Assembly: GCA_007119395.1 (NCBI GenBank)
Contig: SKPS01000153.1
Location: forward strand, 1 to 32,419
Length of the DNA: 32,419 nucleotides
DNA from: Lentimicrobiaceae bacterium
Lineage (GTDB): Bacteria > Bacteroidota > Bacteroidia > Bacteroidales > SKPS01
Reading direction: 5' to 3'
Part shown: piece by piece, positions 8,206 to 18,039 of the stretch
Numbering within the stretch: the first letter of the stretch is position 1
Layout of the letters: each line of letters starts with the position of its first letter
Notes under the pieces: generated by a model
What the model saw: only the letters and a program-made list of their open reading frames with translations
The model's database searches: none
Told to the model about the DNA's origin: nothing
Program-made: the position numbers and the translations under genes

Positions 8206-10221
8206 TCACTCACCGGGTAAGTCTGTGCCGGTGTTCAGGGGATTTTGTATTGGAGGTATGTGGTGTTTTTTGCCCAGCCAACGGATTATGCCATAAGCGA
8301 TGGCTGTTGAAATGGCAAATGCCGCCAATGGGTGTAATCCATATGATGTGGGGATGATTCCTGCTGCCATTGCGATGGTTCCGGTAGTGAGCGCGTAGGG
8401 CAACTGTGTTTTCACGTGGTCGATATGGTTGCATTGGGTGGCCAGCGAGCTCAATATTGTAGTATCGGATATGGGTGAGCAGTGGTCACCCATGACGGCT
8501 CCTGCGAGCACTGATGCCACGGTAGCATGGAACAGCATCATGGATGTGGGTTGATCCAACTGAAATTCGAAAAACAGGTTCCAAGAGGTGGGGAGCAGGA
8601 GTGGGAACAGGATGGCCATTGTACTCCACGAAGAGCCGGTGCTGAAGGCGACGCCGGCGGCCAGCAAAAAGGTGAGCAGCGGGATAAGGCGTGGGGTGAT
8701 CTCAGATGCGATCATCACATGCGACAAGTATTCGGCTGTGTGCAGATGCCTGGTGACCATGGCCAGTGCCCAGGCCAGTACCAGAATCAGCATGGCATGC
8801 AGCATCGTCTTGAACCCCTCTACCATCCCTTCGGTCACCTTCTGTAGCGAGAGCAGCTTTTGTGACACTGTGAGCAGGATGGCAAGAAGCAGTCCGCTGA
8901 AAGATGCCCAAAGCAACGCCCTGAAGGTGTCGGCCTGACCAATGATTTCTGACAGATTGGAGGCCAGTCCGAGTTGTGGCTGCCAGGCAGTGTGCTCCAT
9001 TCCTGTGATAATCAGTCCTGTAAAAGCTCCGGTAATCACCGTTATAACGGGCAACAGAGCATTCACTGCGCGAGGTTTGGAGTGCTTCGCTTCACCCATC
9101 GCTGTTGCCGGGTTATGATGGGATGCGGGGTCTTCTTCGGCAGATGATTCCGGTGTTGTCTGAAGGAGTGTTCGCTGTTCGGCATGGTACATGGCTCCAT
9201 AATCACGGCCACTCCATATCAGCATCACCACAAACAGCAACGTGAGGAATGGGTAGAATGCGTATCCCAATGAGCCCATAAAGATGGCATAGGGGCTTGC
9301 TTCTATGGCGGGGGCCGTTCCTGCGGCAATCACCTCCAGGGCATCTTTGATATAGCTTAGTTCGGCGCCGATCCAAGTGGTGATAAAGGCCACTGCGGCC
9401 ACCGGTGCAGCAGTTGAGTCAACCACATAGCTCAGCTTTTCCCGTGAAATACGCATCCGGTCACTCAATGGGCGCATGGTGTTGCCAACCACCAACGTAT
9501 TGGCATAGTCATCAAAAAAAAGAACCAGCCCCATCAACCAAGTCGACAAAAGGGTTGAGCGCCGGGTGCCGGCAACCTTCATTATGAGCAATACCACCCC
9601 TTTCATTCCGCCATTCAGGGTGATGACATGAACCATTCCTCCGATCATCAATGAGAAAACGATGATTGAGACATGGTCGCTGCTGGTCATGGTAGCCACG
9701 ATGTAGGTGTCTATGATGCGTAGCAGTCCGACGCCTGCTGCTGTAATGATCGTGTGGCCGCCATACCATGCGATCATCCAGGTGCCTGATAACAGTCCCA
9801 GAATCAAGGCAGAAAACACCTCTCTGAAGAATAGAGCCCACGCAATCGCTAACAGGGGTGGTATCAGCCCGTACCAGAGAGGGATGGCTCTTCCGGTGGA
9901 GGAGTGGTGTGTGTTGTTTACGATGATGGTCACCGGTTGATGTGCTGCTGGAATGAAAGGGATGAGGTGAGCACTGAGTGTGGAGTCTGCGGCGATTTCA
10001 AAGGCATCCTCACCAACGATCACGGAAAAGTGCCCATGGTATCTATCGGGTGTCAGAACCTCTGCCGCTGTTTCAACACCGGCAACCATGATGGCGGGGA
10101 ACAGCACCTCATGCTTCTCTTGATATTGGTTCGAGGGGGGCGTTCCACACGAAGAGAGGACGATGAGAACCGTTATGATGAGAGCCAATGCCGGCAGAAG
10201 CCTTGACACGTTGGGTCTCAT
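8206..10221 (-). CDS. Na+/H+ antiporter NhaC-family (ion transporter superfamily) protein with N-terminal extension
   Basis: Motifs FFDDYANTLVVGNTMRP, REKLSYVVDSTAAP, FSTGSSW and GDHCSPISDTTILSS...HIDHVKTQLPYA; ATGA overlap with the dxs stop. Confidence 0.88.
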   Translation of the reverse strand: MRPNVSRLLPALALIITVLIVLSSCGTPPSNQYQEKHEVLFPAIMVAGVETAAEVLTPDRYHGHFSVIVGEDAFEIAADSTLSAHLIPFIPAAHQPVTIIVNNTHHSSTGRAIPLWYGLIPPLLAIAWALFFREVFSALILGLLSGTWMIAWYGGHTIITAAGVGLLRIIDTYIVATMTSSDHVSIIVFSLMIGGMVHVITLNGGMKGVVLLIMKVAGTRRSTLLSTWLMGLVLFFDDYANTLVVGNTMRPLSDRMRISREKLSYVVDSTAAPVAAVAFITTWIGAELSYIKDALEVIAAGTAPAIEASPYAIFMGSLGYAFYPFLTLLFVVMLIWSGRDYGAMYHAEQRTLLQTTPESSAEEDPASHHNPATAMGEAKHSKPRAVNALLPVITVITGAFTGLIITGMEHTAWQPQLGLASNLSEIIGQADTFRALLWASFSGLLLAILLTVSQKLLSLQKVTEGMVEGFKTMLHAMLILVLAWALAMVTRHLHTAEYLSHVMIASEITPRLIPLLTFLLAAGVAFSTGSSWSTMAILFPLLLPTSWNLFFEFQLDQPTSMMLFHATVASVLAGAVMGDHCSPISDTTILSSLATQCNHIDHVKTQLPYALTTGTIAMAAGIIPTSYGLHPLAAFAISTAIAYGIIRWLGKKHHIPPIQNPLNTGTDLPGE

Positions 10222-12155
10222 AAATTGACAGCTTTTGATACAGGGTGAATTTTTGCTTCACGGTACCAGGTGAGTGCTGCCTGGTAAATGTCTTCAGCAT
10301 GAAAACCACACTCACGGTAGAGGGCATCGGGAGAACCATGTTCGATAAACTGGTCGGGGATACCGAGCCGTATCACCTGTGCGGTATGGTTGTGGTCGCT
10401 TTTAAACTCTGTCACAGCTGATCCGAACCCACCCTGGATGGTACCGTCTTCCACTACGATGAGGGCATTGTATTCTGTAAACACTTCATGAAGCAGTTTT
10501 TCATCCAGAGGTTTCAGGAACCGAATATCGAAATGTGCAGGTTTAAACCCTTTTTGTTCGAGTCGGTCTATGGCAGAGGAGGCGAAGTTCCCTGTATGTC
10601 CGATGGTTAGAATGGCGAGGTCTTCCCCATTTCTGATTCTTCGCCCTTTGCCTGGTTCGAGGCGTTTGAAGGGCTGTTTCCAGTTGGCTGTCACCCCGCG
10701 CCCTCTGGGGTATCGGATCACCCATGCCCCCATGTTGTCGAGCTGAGCTGTGTACATCATATTCCGCAATTCCACCTCGTTCATGGGTGCTGCAATGGTC
10801 AGGTTGGGGATGCACCGGAAGAAGGCCAGATCAAATGCACCATGATGCGTTGCACCATCTTCACCCACCAGCCCCGCCCTGTCGAGACAGAACACCACAG
10901 GCAGCTTCTGCAGAGCCACATCGTGTATTACCTGATCGTAGGCACGTTGCATAAAGCTGGAGTAGATGTTACAGAAAGGGATCATGCCTGAAGCCGCCAG
11001 ACCTGCTGAGAAGGTCACGGCATGTTGCTCTGCTATGCCTACATCAAAGGTTCGTTCAGGCATTACCGTCATCATCATATGCAGGGAGCACCCTGAAGGC
11101 ATAGCAGGTGTAATGCCTGTGATGCGGGGATTGGCATGAGCCAGTTCAATGATGGTTTTGCCGAATACATTTTGGTATTTTGGGGCATAGGCTGCGCAAG
11201 GCTTTGTTATCCTATTGCCCGTTTGCTTGTCAAATTGCCCCGGTGCATGAAACCGTGTTTGTTGTTTTTCAGCATGAGCATACCCTTTGCCTTTCACGGT
11301 GATACAATGCAGGATCTTGGGCCCCGGGATCTCTTTCAGGTCACGCATAAGGTGCACCAGTCGCTTTACATCGTGACCATCAACGGGCCCGAAGTACCGA
11401 AAGCCCAACGATTCGAACAGGTTACTCTTTGACAAGATGGTGGTTTTTACCGCTTTCTCAATCTGCTTGAGGATATTCCGGGTATTGGGGCCATATCTTG
11501 TTTTTCCGCCGGTAAGGTTCCAAATGGTATTTCGAAAGCGGTTGTATGTTCTGGAGATGGTGATGTCTGTTAGATACTCTTTCAGGGCGCCCACATTTTG
11601 GTCGATGGCTATGCCGTTGTCGTTGATCACGACCAGCAGATTGGATTTGACCCAACCGGCATGGTTCATCGCTTCAAAGGCCATTCCTGCCGTGAGGGAT
11701 CCATCTCCTATTACGGCAACGTGGTGCTTGTCTGTTTCACCTTGCATCGCACTGGCTTGTGCCATTCCCAGCAATGCAGAGATAGAGGTTGATGAGTGCC
11801 CCACCCCAAAGGCGTCGTACTCACTCTCTGCCATCTTCGGGAACCCACTGATGCCACCATATTGCCGGTTGGTGTGAAACCTGTTTTTTCTACCGGTGAG
11901 GATTTTGTGGGCGTAAGCCTGATGCCCCACATCCCAGATCAGCTTGTCGTAAGGGGTGTTGTACACATAATGCAATGCTACAGCCAGCTCCACCGCACCC
12001 AGGCTCGCACCAAAATGGCCCGGGTTAATCGATACCGCATCAATGATGAAATCACGCAGCTCACTGCACAATGATTCCAGCTGATCCTCTGCTAACCTTC
12101 GAAGGTCCTCAGGCAGATCAATCCCTGAGAGTATGGGTCCTTGTAAAATCGTCAT
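10218..12155 (-). CDS. dxs: 1-deoxy-D-xylulose-5-phosphate synthase
   Basis: Motifs GHFGASLG, WDVGHQAY, GHSSTSIS, ThDP motif GDG...NDN, DVGIAEQHAV, DRAGLVGEDGATH and IRYPRG. Confidence 0.97.
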   Translation of the reverse strand: MTILQGPILSGIDLPEDLRRLAEDQLESLCSELRDFIIDAVSINPGHFGASLGAVELAVALHYVYNTPYDKLIWDVGHQAYAHKILTGRKNRFHTNRQYGGISGFPKMAESEYDAFGVGHSSTSISALLGMAQASAMQGETDKHHVAVIGDGSLTAGMAFEAMNHAGWVKSNLLVVINDNGIAIDQNVGALKEYLTDITISRTYNRFRNTIWNLTGGKTRYGPNTRNILKQIEKAVKTTILSKSNLFESLGFRYFGPVDGHDVKRLVHLMRDLKEIPGPKILHCITVKGKGYAHAEKQQTRFHAPGQFDKQTGNRITKPCAAYAPKYQNVFGKTIIELAHANPRITGITPAMPSGCSLHMMMTVMPERTFDVGIAEQHAVTFSAGLAASGMIPFCNIYSSFMQRAYDQVIHDVALQKLPVVFCLDRAGLVGEDGATHHGAFDLAFFRCIPNLTIAAPMNEVELRNMMYTAQLDNMGAWVIRYPRGRGVTANWKQPFKRLEPGKGRRIRNGEDLAILTIGHTGNFASSAIDRLEQKGFKPAHFDIRFLKPLDEKLLHEVFTEYNALIVVEDGTIQGGFGSAVTEFKSDHNHTAQVIRLGIPDQFIEHGSPDALYRECGFHAEDIYQAALTWYREAKIHPVSKAVNL

Positions 12156-12187
12156 CAGCTTACAAAAAACTTCTATGCCTTATTTGG

Positions 12188-12195
12188 CAAAATTA
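12188..12195 (-). promoter_or_regulatory. -7 promoter box (TAATTTTG) for dxs-nhaC
   Basis: The + strand CAAAATTA lies 32 nt upstream of the dxs ATG. Confidence 0.6.
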
Positions 12196-12236
12196 TGTAT
12201 TTTTCCTGTAGCATAAACGATCGTAACGGTGCGAAT

Positions 12237-12267
12237 GTTGACGGAGCTCCAAAGATTGTTACTTTTG
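12237..12267 (+). promoter_or_regulatory. Promoter for murI (-33 GTTG, 19-nt spacer, -7 TACTTTTG)
   Basis: TACTTTTG at 12260-12267 and GTTG at 12237-12240; divergent from the dxs promoter. Confidence 0.65.
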
Positions 12268-12295
12268 TGCCTTCAAAGTAATGTGATTTCAGGCC

Positions 12296-13090
12296 ATGAA
12301 AGAGAGGCATTTCATAGGGGTTTTTGATTCGGGTATGGGAGGATTGTCTGTATTGCAGAGTTTGCTGGAGCTACTGCCAGGTGAGTCGTTTCATTATTTT
12401 GCCGATTCGGCCTGGTGCCCTTATGGTAACCGGAGCACAGAGGAGATTATCGCGCGGGCTGATGCCATCACGACCCATTTTCTGGCTGGTGGTGCGAAGT
12501 TGGTTGTAGTAGCGTGTAATACGGCGACTGCTGAGGCCATTGATCATTTGCGCAGCCACTACCCGGTTCCGTTCGTGGGCATTGAGCCTGCCATCAAGCA
12601 GGCGGCTTATCACACCGCATCAGGGAAGGTGGGTGTGTTGGCTACCAGAAATACCATACAGGGCAGACTGTTCCGGGAAACTTCAGCACGGTATGCCTCC
12701 GGGAAAGACATCATGATCCAGGTAGGGGAAGGGCTAGTTGAGGTGGTTGAGGAGGGTCGTATTGAGACCCCGGCGGCCATGGCACTGCTGAAGAGATATA
12801 TCACCCCCATGATTGAAGCGGGTGTAGACCAGGTTGTGCTTGGATGTACACACTACCCGTTTCTTATCCCTGCCATTCAACGTATAGTGCCGCCCGATGT
12901 GGTGATACATGACCCTTCTCCGGCTGTGGCACGACAAACCGCTGCTGTGTTGAAATCCAATAACCTGGAGGCAGTCACCGGAACACCTGTGCTACACCAG
13001 GCTGAGACAACAGGCAACAGAGAGCAACTGCTTGGCATGATACAACACCTGGGACTGGATATTTCTGACGTGACCTTCTCTTCGGTCTGA
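12296..13090 (+). CDS. murI: Glutamate racemase
   Basis: Motifs IGVFDSGMGG, PYG, VACNTA and LGCTHYP (two catalytic Cys). Confidence 0.96.
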   Translation: MKERHFIGVFDSGMGGLSVLQSLLELLPGESFHYFADSAWCPYGNRSTEEIIARADAITTHFLAGGAKLVVVACNTATAEAIDHLRSHYPVPFVGIEPAIKQAAYHTASGKVGVLATRNTIQGRLFRETSARYASGKDIMIQVGEGLVEVVEEGRIETPAAMALLKRYITPMIEAGVDQVVLGCTHYPFLIPAIQRIVPPDVVIHDPSPAVARQTAAVLKSNNLEAVTGTPVLHQAETTGNREQLLGMIQHLGLDISDVTFSSV

Positions 13091-13975
13091 TCAATAGGTT
13101 TTGGTTACCCGGTTGTTGACAACCAATACAAAGTCAGCCCTGCCGATGTAAGTGCTGTCCAATTGGTCAACCTGCGATTGCTCCACCGTAGAGATCGCCA
13201 TCATGTTTAACCCGGGCTTGTAGTGACGCAGATACCATAGTATACCCTCGTCGTTGTCGGAGTGATAGCTGCCATTATAATGGAGAAACCTTTGCCCCGG
13301 TTTCCAGTACTCAGCGATTGACCATGCCATGGTAGCATCTTTGATGGCCTGTGCTTTCGGAAGGTTGGGGCCTGCATGCATGGCGGGGCTGCCTTCTCCT
13401 GCCATGGCTGCATAACCGGGCAGCGTTGGGTCGTATGGAACAGGGAGTGGGGCCACATAACGTTTCGCTTCGTCGGAGAGCTCTTCCAACCCCTCGAACC
13501 CACGTGCATGAACCAACGCTGCGTACCTGCGGGGTATATTGGTGGCTATGAATGGAATGCCGTGCTCATGGGCAAAGCTTACCAGTGGCTTGTAATCGGT
13601 ACGGTAGTTTCTCCATAACCGTGCTTCCGACTCAAAATCCCGTTCCCGGATTAACCCGGAAAGATACTCGTTGATTATTAACTGGTTATCTCTTTCAAAC
13701 ATCTCAGCACCCAGTATCAAAGCGGTGGTGTCAACGTGATACAAGTCAATGGTGAGCTCCAGCTGTAACCAGTGACTGATGGCGTTGTTGTGCAACTCTC
13801 CGAAAAAGATCACATCAGCTTCTAACAGTTGCTCCGCCATGGTGGCATAATCAACCGGCTGCCCGTTTTTGTCAAACAACTGCCAGGCTCGCTTCTCAGG
13901 GAAGTCAAAACTGGTTGATAGCATTAAAACCGTTGTCAATGCCAGCAACGTTAAAATGGAATTCTTCATTTGCAT
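13091..13975 (-). CDS. ChaN-family (haem/iron-uptake-related) exported protein
   Basis: Signal peptide; motifs FFGELH, GAEMFE, DYKPLV, ATNIPR, QAIKDATMA and NGSYHS. Confidence 0.8.
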   Translation of the reverse strand: MQMKNSILTLLALTTVLMLSTSFDFPEKRAWQLFDKNGQPVDYATMAEQLLEADVIFFGELHNNAISHWLQLELTIDLYHVDTTALILGAEMFERDNQLIINEYLSGLIRERDFESEARLWRNYRTDYKPLVSFAHEHGIPFIATNIPRRYAALVHARGFEGLEELSDEAKRYVAPLPVPYDPTLPGYAAMAGEGSPAMHAGPNLPKAQAIKDATMAWSIAEYWKPGQRFLHYNGSYHSDNDEGILWYLRHYKPGLNMMAISTVEQSQVDQLDSTYIGRADFVLVVNNRVTKTY

Positions 13976-14053
13976 AATCTATTGATTTGGTTCATTCATT
14001 TCAGGTATAACAACGAGGGCTGGGATAGGTTTAACAGAACTGGGGCATTTTTT

Positions 14054-15661
14054 TTACTGATTGGTTGCAGTATCGGGCATTGGCTCCTTAGCTTCTGTGT
14101 TTTGAAACAATCTGAGGCTGTAGAAGAAAACGAAGAATGACACACCCACCTGTGTTTCCAGGGTATCTTCCACCAGCATGGAGAATAGTACGATGACGAG
14201 GAAGGCCATGTACACGGTGTCTATTTTGTTTTTTCTGATCATCAGGGGCAGGATGATGGCAGCGAGGAAGAGGATCAGTCCGGGCAGTCCGAAGGTGATA
14301 AGGATGGTAATGAATTGGTTGTGTGCTCTCAGCGGGGTTCCTGCAAGGGGTGATTGTTGGCGATGCAGTTGTTCTGCAAATTCGTCTTTCAGGTCACCGG
14401 TGCCAACCCCTGTAGCCAGGTTTGTGCGTGCCAGAGAGAGGCCTGTTTGCCAAAGCTCTATTCTTTGGAGGAGGGAATGGCCCCGGGAAGATCCACCTTC
14501 AAGGTAATTCCAATACTCCCATTTCAACTGGTCGATTCTGCGTCGCATGCCACTCCATTGATCGTACCGGTAATTGGTGATACCCCGTTCAATGGCACTG
14601 ATCTCTTCGTCGTCAAGTGATGCAACGCCTTCGGCATCTTTTCGCAGACCTTTTGAGGTGAGAAACCTGAGCAGCACGTCGGCGATTCTTCCGCCACCGG
14701 GCAGTTTTGCATCAAACGCGAGATGGCTTCTTTCTTCCCAGGCTTCCTCCATCTCTTTGAGGTTTACATAGATCCACACCAGGTGACCGTTTTCATTCAC
14801 CGGCATCGAAAGGTCATGGTAGTATGGGTTGCCCAGCGCAGTAACACTGTCGAGATCGGCATAGGTGAGGCCGTGATCAGGGTTGAACTCTCTGCTTGTT
14901 TCAGAGATAAGCCAAATACCTGTAACTGATAGGATCACCAATATGGCAACGCTTCCCCAGGTGATCAATCTGCTTTTCCCACTGAAGATGCCTTTTGCGA
15001 GCAGCATCCCCAATATCAAAATAAAGGAGAGCATGCCGGTGAGTGATTCAAGCATCACCAGTGCCACGAGGAACCATGCTGCGAGGACAATCAGGATTGT
15101 TTTGACAAGGTTATTCTTTTCTGCGGTGAGTGCCAGGTGTGCTGCGGCCACTGCCGCCAGGCACAGCATCATGCTGAACCGTATATGGGAGATGAATGGG
15201 GTAAGGTCGCGGGCATCGGGTGGCTGCAGGAAAAGCTGACGGTAGAGTGCCACCAGAGAGACTGCCAGCACTGCTATCAGAAACGTTTTCATGACACCTC
15301 TCTCCTGTCGTTCCTTTAAAGGGGGAGCGGTGATCATAAAGAGTGGAATGATCAATAGAGGAAGCTTGATTCTCAGATCTTTCAGGGCATATTCAAAATC
15401 AGAGGTGTAGAGTAACCCCACAAGATGTATCACCACAATCAACATAAAGAAAGCGAAAGCGGCACCTCTCCCTTTGCGAAGCGTAGGAAAATGACGATAC
15501 CCCTGCCCTAGCAGGAAATGAATGGCAAGCAGCAGCAAAGCCAGAGACATCACCGTTTTGGAAAGGGGTAGCCCAATGGCAAAAAGCATCAGCCCGGCAA
15601 GATATACATGCCGGTATCTGTCCCGCTGTAAAAACGATATTACACGCTGACCACTCATCAT
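14054..15661 (-). CDS. O-antigen ligase (Wzy_C) family membrane protein
   Basis: Multi-pass membrane protein with QRIELW...GVGTGD...AHNQF...GLPG and EDTLETQVG motifs. Confidence 0.8.
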   Translation of the reverse strand: MMSGQRVISFLQRDRYRHVYLAGLMLFAIGLPLSKTVMSLALLLLAIHFLLGQGYRHFPTLRKGRGAAFAFFMLIVVIHLVGLLYTSDFEYALKDLRIKLPLLIIPLFMITAPPLKERQERGVMKTFLIAVLAVSLVALYRQLFLQPPDARDLTPFISHIRFSMMLCLAAVAAAHLALTAEKNNLVKTILIVLAAWFLVALVMLESLTGMLSFILILGMLLAKGIFSGKSRLITWGSVAILVILSVTGIWLISETSREFNPDHGLTYADLDSVTALGNPYYHDLSMPVNENGHLVWIYVNLKEMEEAWEERSHLAFDAKLPGGGRIADVLLRFLTSKGLRKDAEGVASLDDEEISAIERGITNYRYDQWSGMRRRIDQLKWEYWNYLEGGSSRGHSLLQRIELWQTGLSLARTNLATGVGTGDLKDEFAEQLHRQQSPLAGTPLRAHNQFITILITFGLPGLILFLAAIILPLMIRKNKIDTVYMAFLVIVLFSMLVEDTLETQVGVSFFVFFYSLRLFQNTEAKEPMPDTATNQ

Positions 15662-17329
15662 CTATAACGGTCTGTATCCTCCTGCAAGCATCTTGAGATA
15701 GCTCTCACGGTCGTTAATTATTCGATAGGCTTCCTGTAGTTCAGGGTCATGGGCCAGTCCATGCTTAATCAACCCTTTATCGAAATAGTAGCGGTAGATG
15801 ATCTCTCGCTGTAACAGTCGTGATATCTCTTCTCTGTTACGTTCCAGGTCATCCTGCTTCAGTCGTTGCATGGTTGCCGACACTGCATTGATCTCTTCTT
15901 GAAGGTATGTTTTATACCCCTCCTCTTCAGCGGCCGCCATCAGTTCAGTCAGTCTCTCTTCTGAAGCGGTACGGTATGAGAATCCTTCCCTGTTTAGGAA
16001 TTCCACGAAGGCATTCCAAATCTGGTGTGTGATATCGAAGCTTTCGGGGGGAGCCACAGAGTCGTGTTGTGTTCTGTACCAGGTGGCAAAGTCGAATATT
16101 TGGTAGCTGTTCATCAGGGCACGGCCTATGGGGCTGAGATCCGGTCGGCCGGTGTGTATGTCGGGAATAATCCCTTTTCCATCAAATACCGTTCTGCCAT
16201 TGCGTGTTGTAAACGGTGTGATCAGTGAATCGGGGATCGGATCGGTTGTGCCGGGCAAGTATTCAGCCTGAATACATCTTCCGCTGGGAATGTAGTATTT
16301 TGCAATGGTTACTTTTAATTGTGAATTGTAGACCAGTGGCACAACATTCTGTACGGTTCCTTTTCCGTAGGAGGTTTTTCCGATCACAATGCCACGGTCA
16401 AGGTCTTGCATTGCCCCTGCAACGATTTCAGAAGCGGAGGCACTTTGTTCATCGATCAGGATCACCACCGGCATCTCCATATCCATGGGAGAGGAGAAGG
16501 TGCGGTATACACGGTTTCGGTCACTGATACGCCCACGGGTACTGGCAATTACTTCATTTTGTCTGACAAAAAGATTGGCAATATTCACAGCTTCCAGCAA
16601 CAACCCTCCACCGTTTCCGCGAAGATCCAGGATCAGACCATTTACATCGTTTTCGGAAGTGAGTTGCACAAAAGACTCTTTCACATCCCTGCCGGCGTTT
16701 TGAAGAAAAGTGCGCAGGCTTACGTAGGCAATACCCTCTCTGGGCATCCCTGACCAGGGGATCAGCTGCTCACGGATGTTGGCGCGTTCCAGTTGACGAT
16801 TCAGCATCTCCTCTGTATATGGGCGCTGCAGTTTTACCCTTACCCTGGTGCCCGTTTGCCCATTCAGCAGGTAGTTCACCTCCTCTGCCGACCGACCCTC
16901 AACAGATAATCCATCCACCTCAAGCAACACATCGCCAACGAGCAACCCTTCGTTCATGGCCGATGAGTTGTTGTTGATGGTGATCACCACATGACGCCCC
17001 TGACGCAACTGCACAGCAAAACCGGCACTGCCGGCATGGGTAGCTTGCATCATACGGTAATCCTCAATGTCAGCTTCAGGGATGTATTCCGTAAAAGGAT
17101 CCAGCGATAACAGCATGGCATCAATGGCTACCTTCGTGAGCTTTCCCGGATTGATCTCTTCAACATAGTTTGTGTTGAGCTGACGAAACAATGTGGCGAA
17201 AATGTCAAGGTTTTTTGAGATCTCAAAATCGTTGTGGATCACACTGCCTAAAGAGACGACCGCTGCAATGGCCAACCCCAGCAACCAATAGGTTCCCTTT
17301 TTAAGCCTGTTTTTAAAAAATGATTTCAT
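15662..17329 (-). CDS. S41 family C-terminal processing peptidase (PDZ + protease)
   Basis: Motifs LDPFT, PDZ-like segment, LDLRGNGGG, SASASE (catalytic Ser), GKGTVQ (Lys) and YYIPSGRCIQ. ATG at 17329 chosen; a TTG at 17338 is possible. Confidence 0.92.
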   Translation of the reverse strand: MKSFFKNRLKKGTYWLLGLAIAAVVSLGSVIHNDFEISKNLDIFATLFRQLNTNYVEEINPGKLTKVAIDAMLLSLDPFTEYIPEADIEDYRMMQATHAGSAGFAVQLRQGRHVVITINNNSSAMNEGLLVGDVLLEVDGLSVEGRSAEEVNYLLNGQTGTRVRVKLQRPYTEEMLNRQLERANIREQLIPWSGMPREGIAYVSLRTFLQNAGRDVKESFVQLTSENDVNGLILDLRGNGGGLLLEAVNIANLFVRQNEVIASTRGRISDRNRVYRTFSSPMDMEMPVVILIDEQSASASEIVAGAMQDLDRGIVIGKTSYGKGTVQNVVPLVYNSQLKVTIAKYYIPSGRCIQAEYLPGTTDPIPDSLITPFTTRNGRTVFDGKGIIPDIHTGRPDLSPIGRALMNSYQIFDFATWYRTQHDSVAPPESFDITHQIWNAFVEFLNREGFSYRTASEERLTELMAAAEEEGYKTYLQEEINAVSATMQRLKQDDLERNREEISRLLQREIIYRYYFDKGLIKHGLAHDPELQEAYRIINDRESYLKMLAGGYRPL

Positions 17330-17370
17330 ATACACCAATGGTTAATTCAATGAGGTGAACATATTATTTG

Positions 17371-17601
17371 TTAAGGTACCGGATCGTATCCACTGCCTCC
17401 CCAGGGATTACATGACAGGAAACGGCGCAAGGTGAGCCATCCGCCACGAAAAGGGCCATGTTTTCTGATCGCTTCGATACCGTATTGAGAACAGGTTGGA
17501 CTGTACCGGCATGATGGAGCAAAGTAAGGGGATATGGCACCCTGGTAGAACCTGATGAGCAAGAGCATCAAGCCGGAGAGAATTTTGTTAACCCACTTCA
17601 T
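17371..17601 (-). CDS. yidD: Membrane protein insertion efficiency factor
   Basis: Motif YQ..ISP...[16 protein letters not shown]...GYDPVP. Confidence 0.95.
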   Translation of the reverse strand: MKWVNKILSGLMLLLIRFYQGAISPYFAPSCRYSPTCSQYGIEAIRKHGPFRGGWLTLRRFLSCNPWGGSGYDPVP

Positions 17602-17623
17602 CCACGCCTTTTTTCATGATTGT

Positions 17624-18025
17624 TCAGCCACTTTCCAGCCGGTTCACAATATCGTGTAAAAGTAGCACTATTTTCTTTTCCAGTACCTGCCAGGTAACCG
17701 TTTCATCACCTATATAGGTAATAATGAACGACAGCCGGAGCTTATGATTGTGCAAAGCATCAAAAACAATGTGTTTGTTCCGTCGGTATGCCTCTTTGAT
17801 CTGGCGACGTCTTCTGTTTCGGTGGATAGCGAGTGGTATTTTCTTTTTGGAAATGGCCACCATGATCTCAGCGCGTGGTTGTGTTCCCTTATCCGCTTCT
17901 GTTGGTTCTGTAAGATAGCTGTATCTGAATGGGTAGATAAATCCTGTTGCTCCCGATTGGTACAGCTGACGTATGGTCTGGTACGACCTCAGACGTTGTG
18001 TCTTTGGAAGGGTGTGGCGTATCAT
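17624..18025 (-). CDS. rnpA: Ribonuclease P protein component
   Basis: LPKTQRL N-terminus and RNR motif (SKKK...AIHRNRRRRQIKEAYR); adjacent to yidD. Confidence 0.9.
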   Translation of the reverse strand: MIRHTLPKTQRLRSYQTIRQLYQSGATGFIYPFRYSYLTEPTEADKGTQPRAEIMVAISKKKIPLAIHRNRRRRQIKEAYRRNKHIVFDALHNHKLRLSFIITYIGDETVTWQVLEKKIVLLLHDIVNRLESG

Positions 18026-18039
18026 TGTATATGCATCGT

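Noticed and set aside
14008-14033. TTAAAC-N16-TGTT as an ECF promoter for the ChaN-like gene
   Set aside because: The -10 element is a weak match; not enough support.
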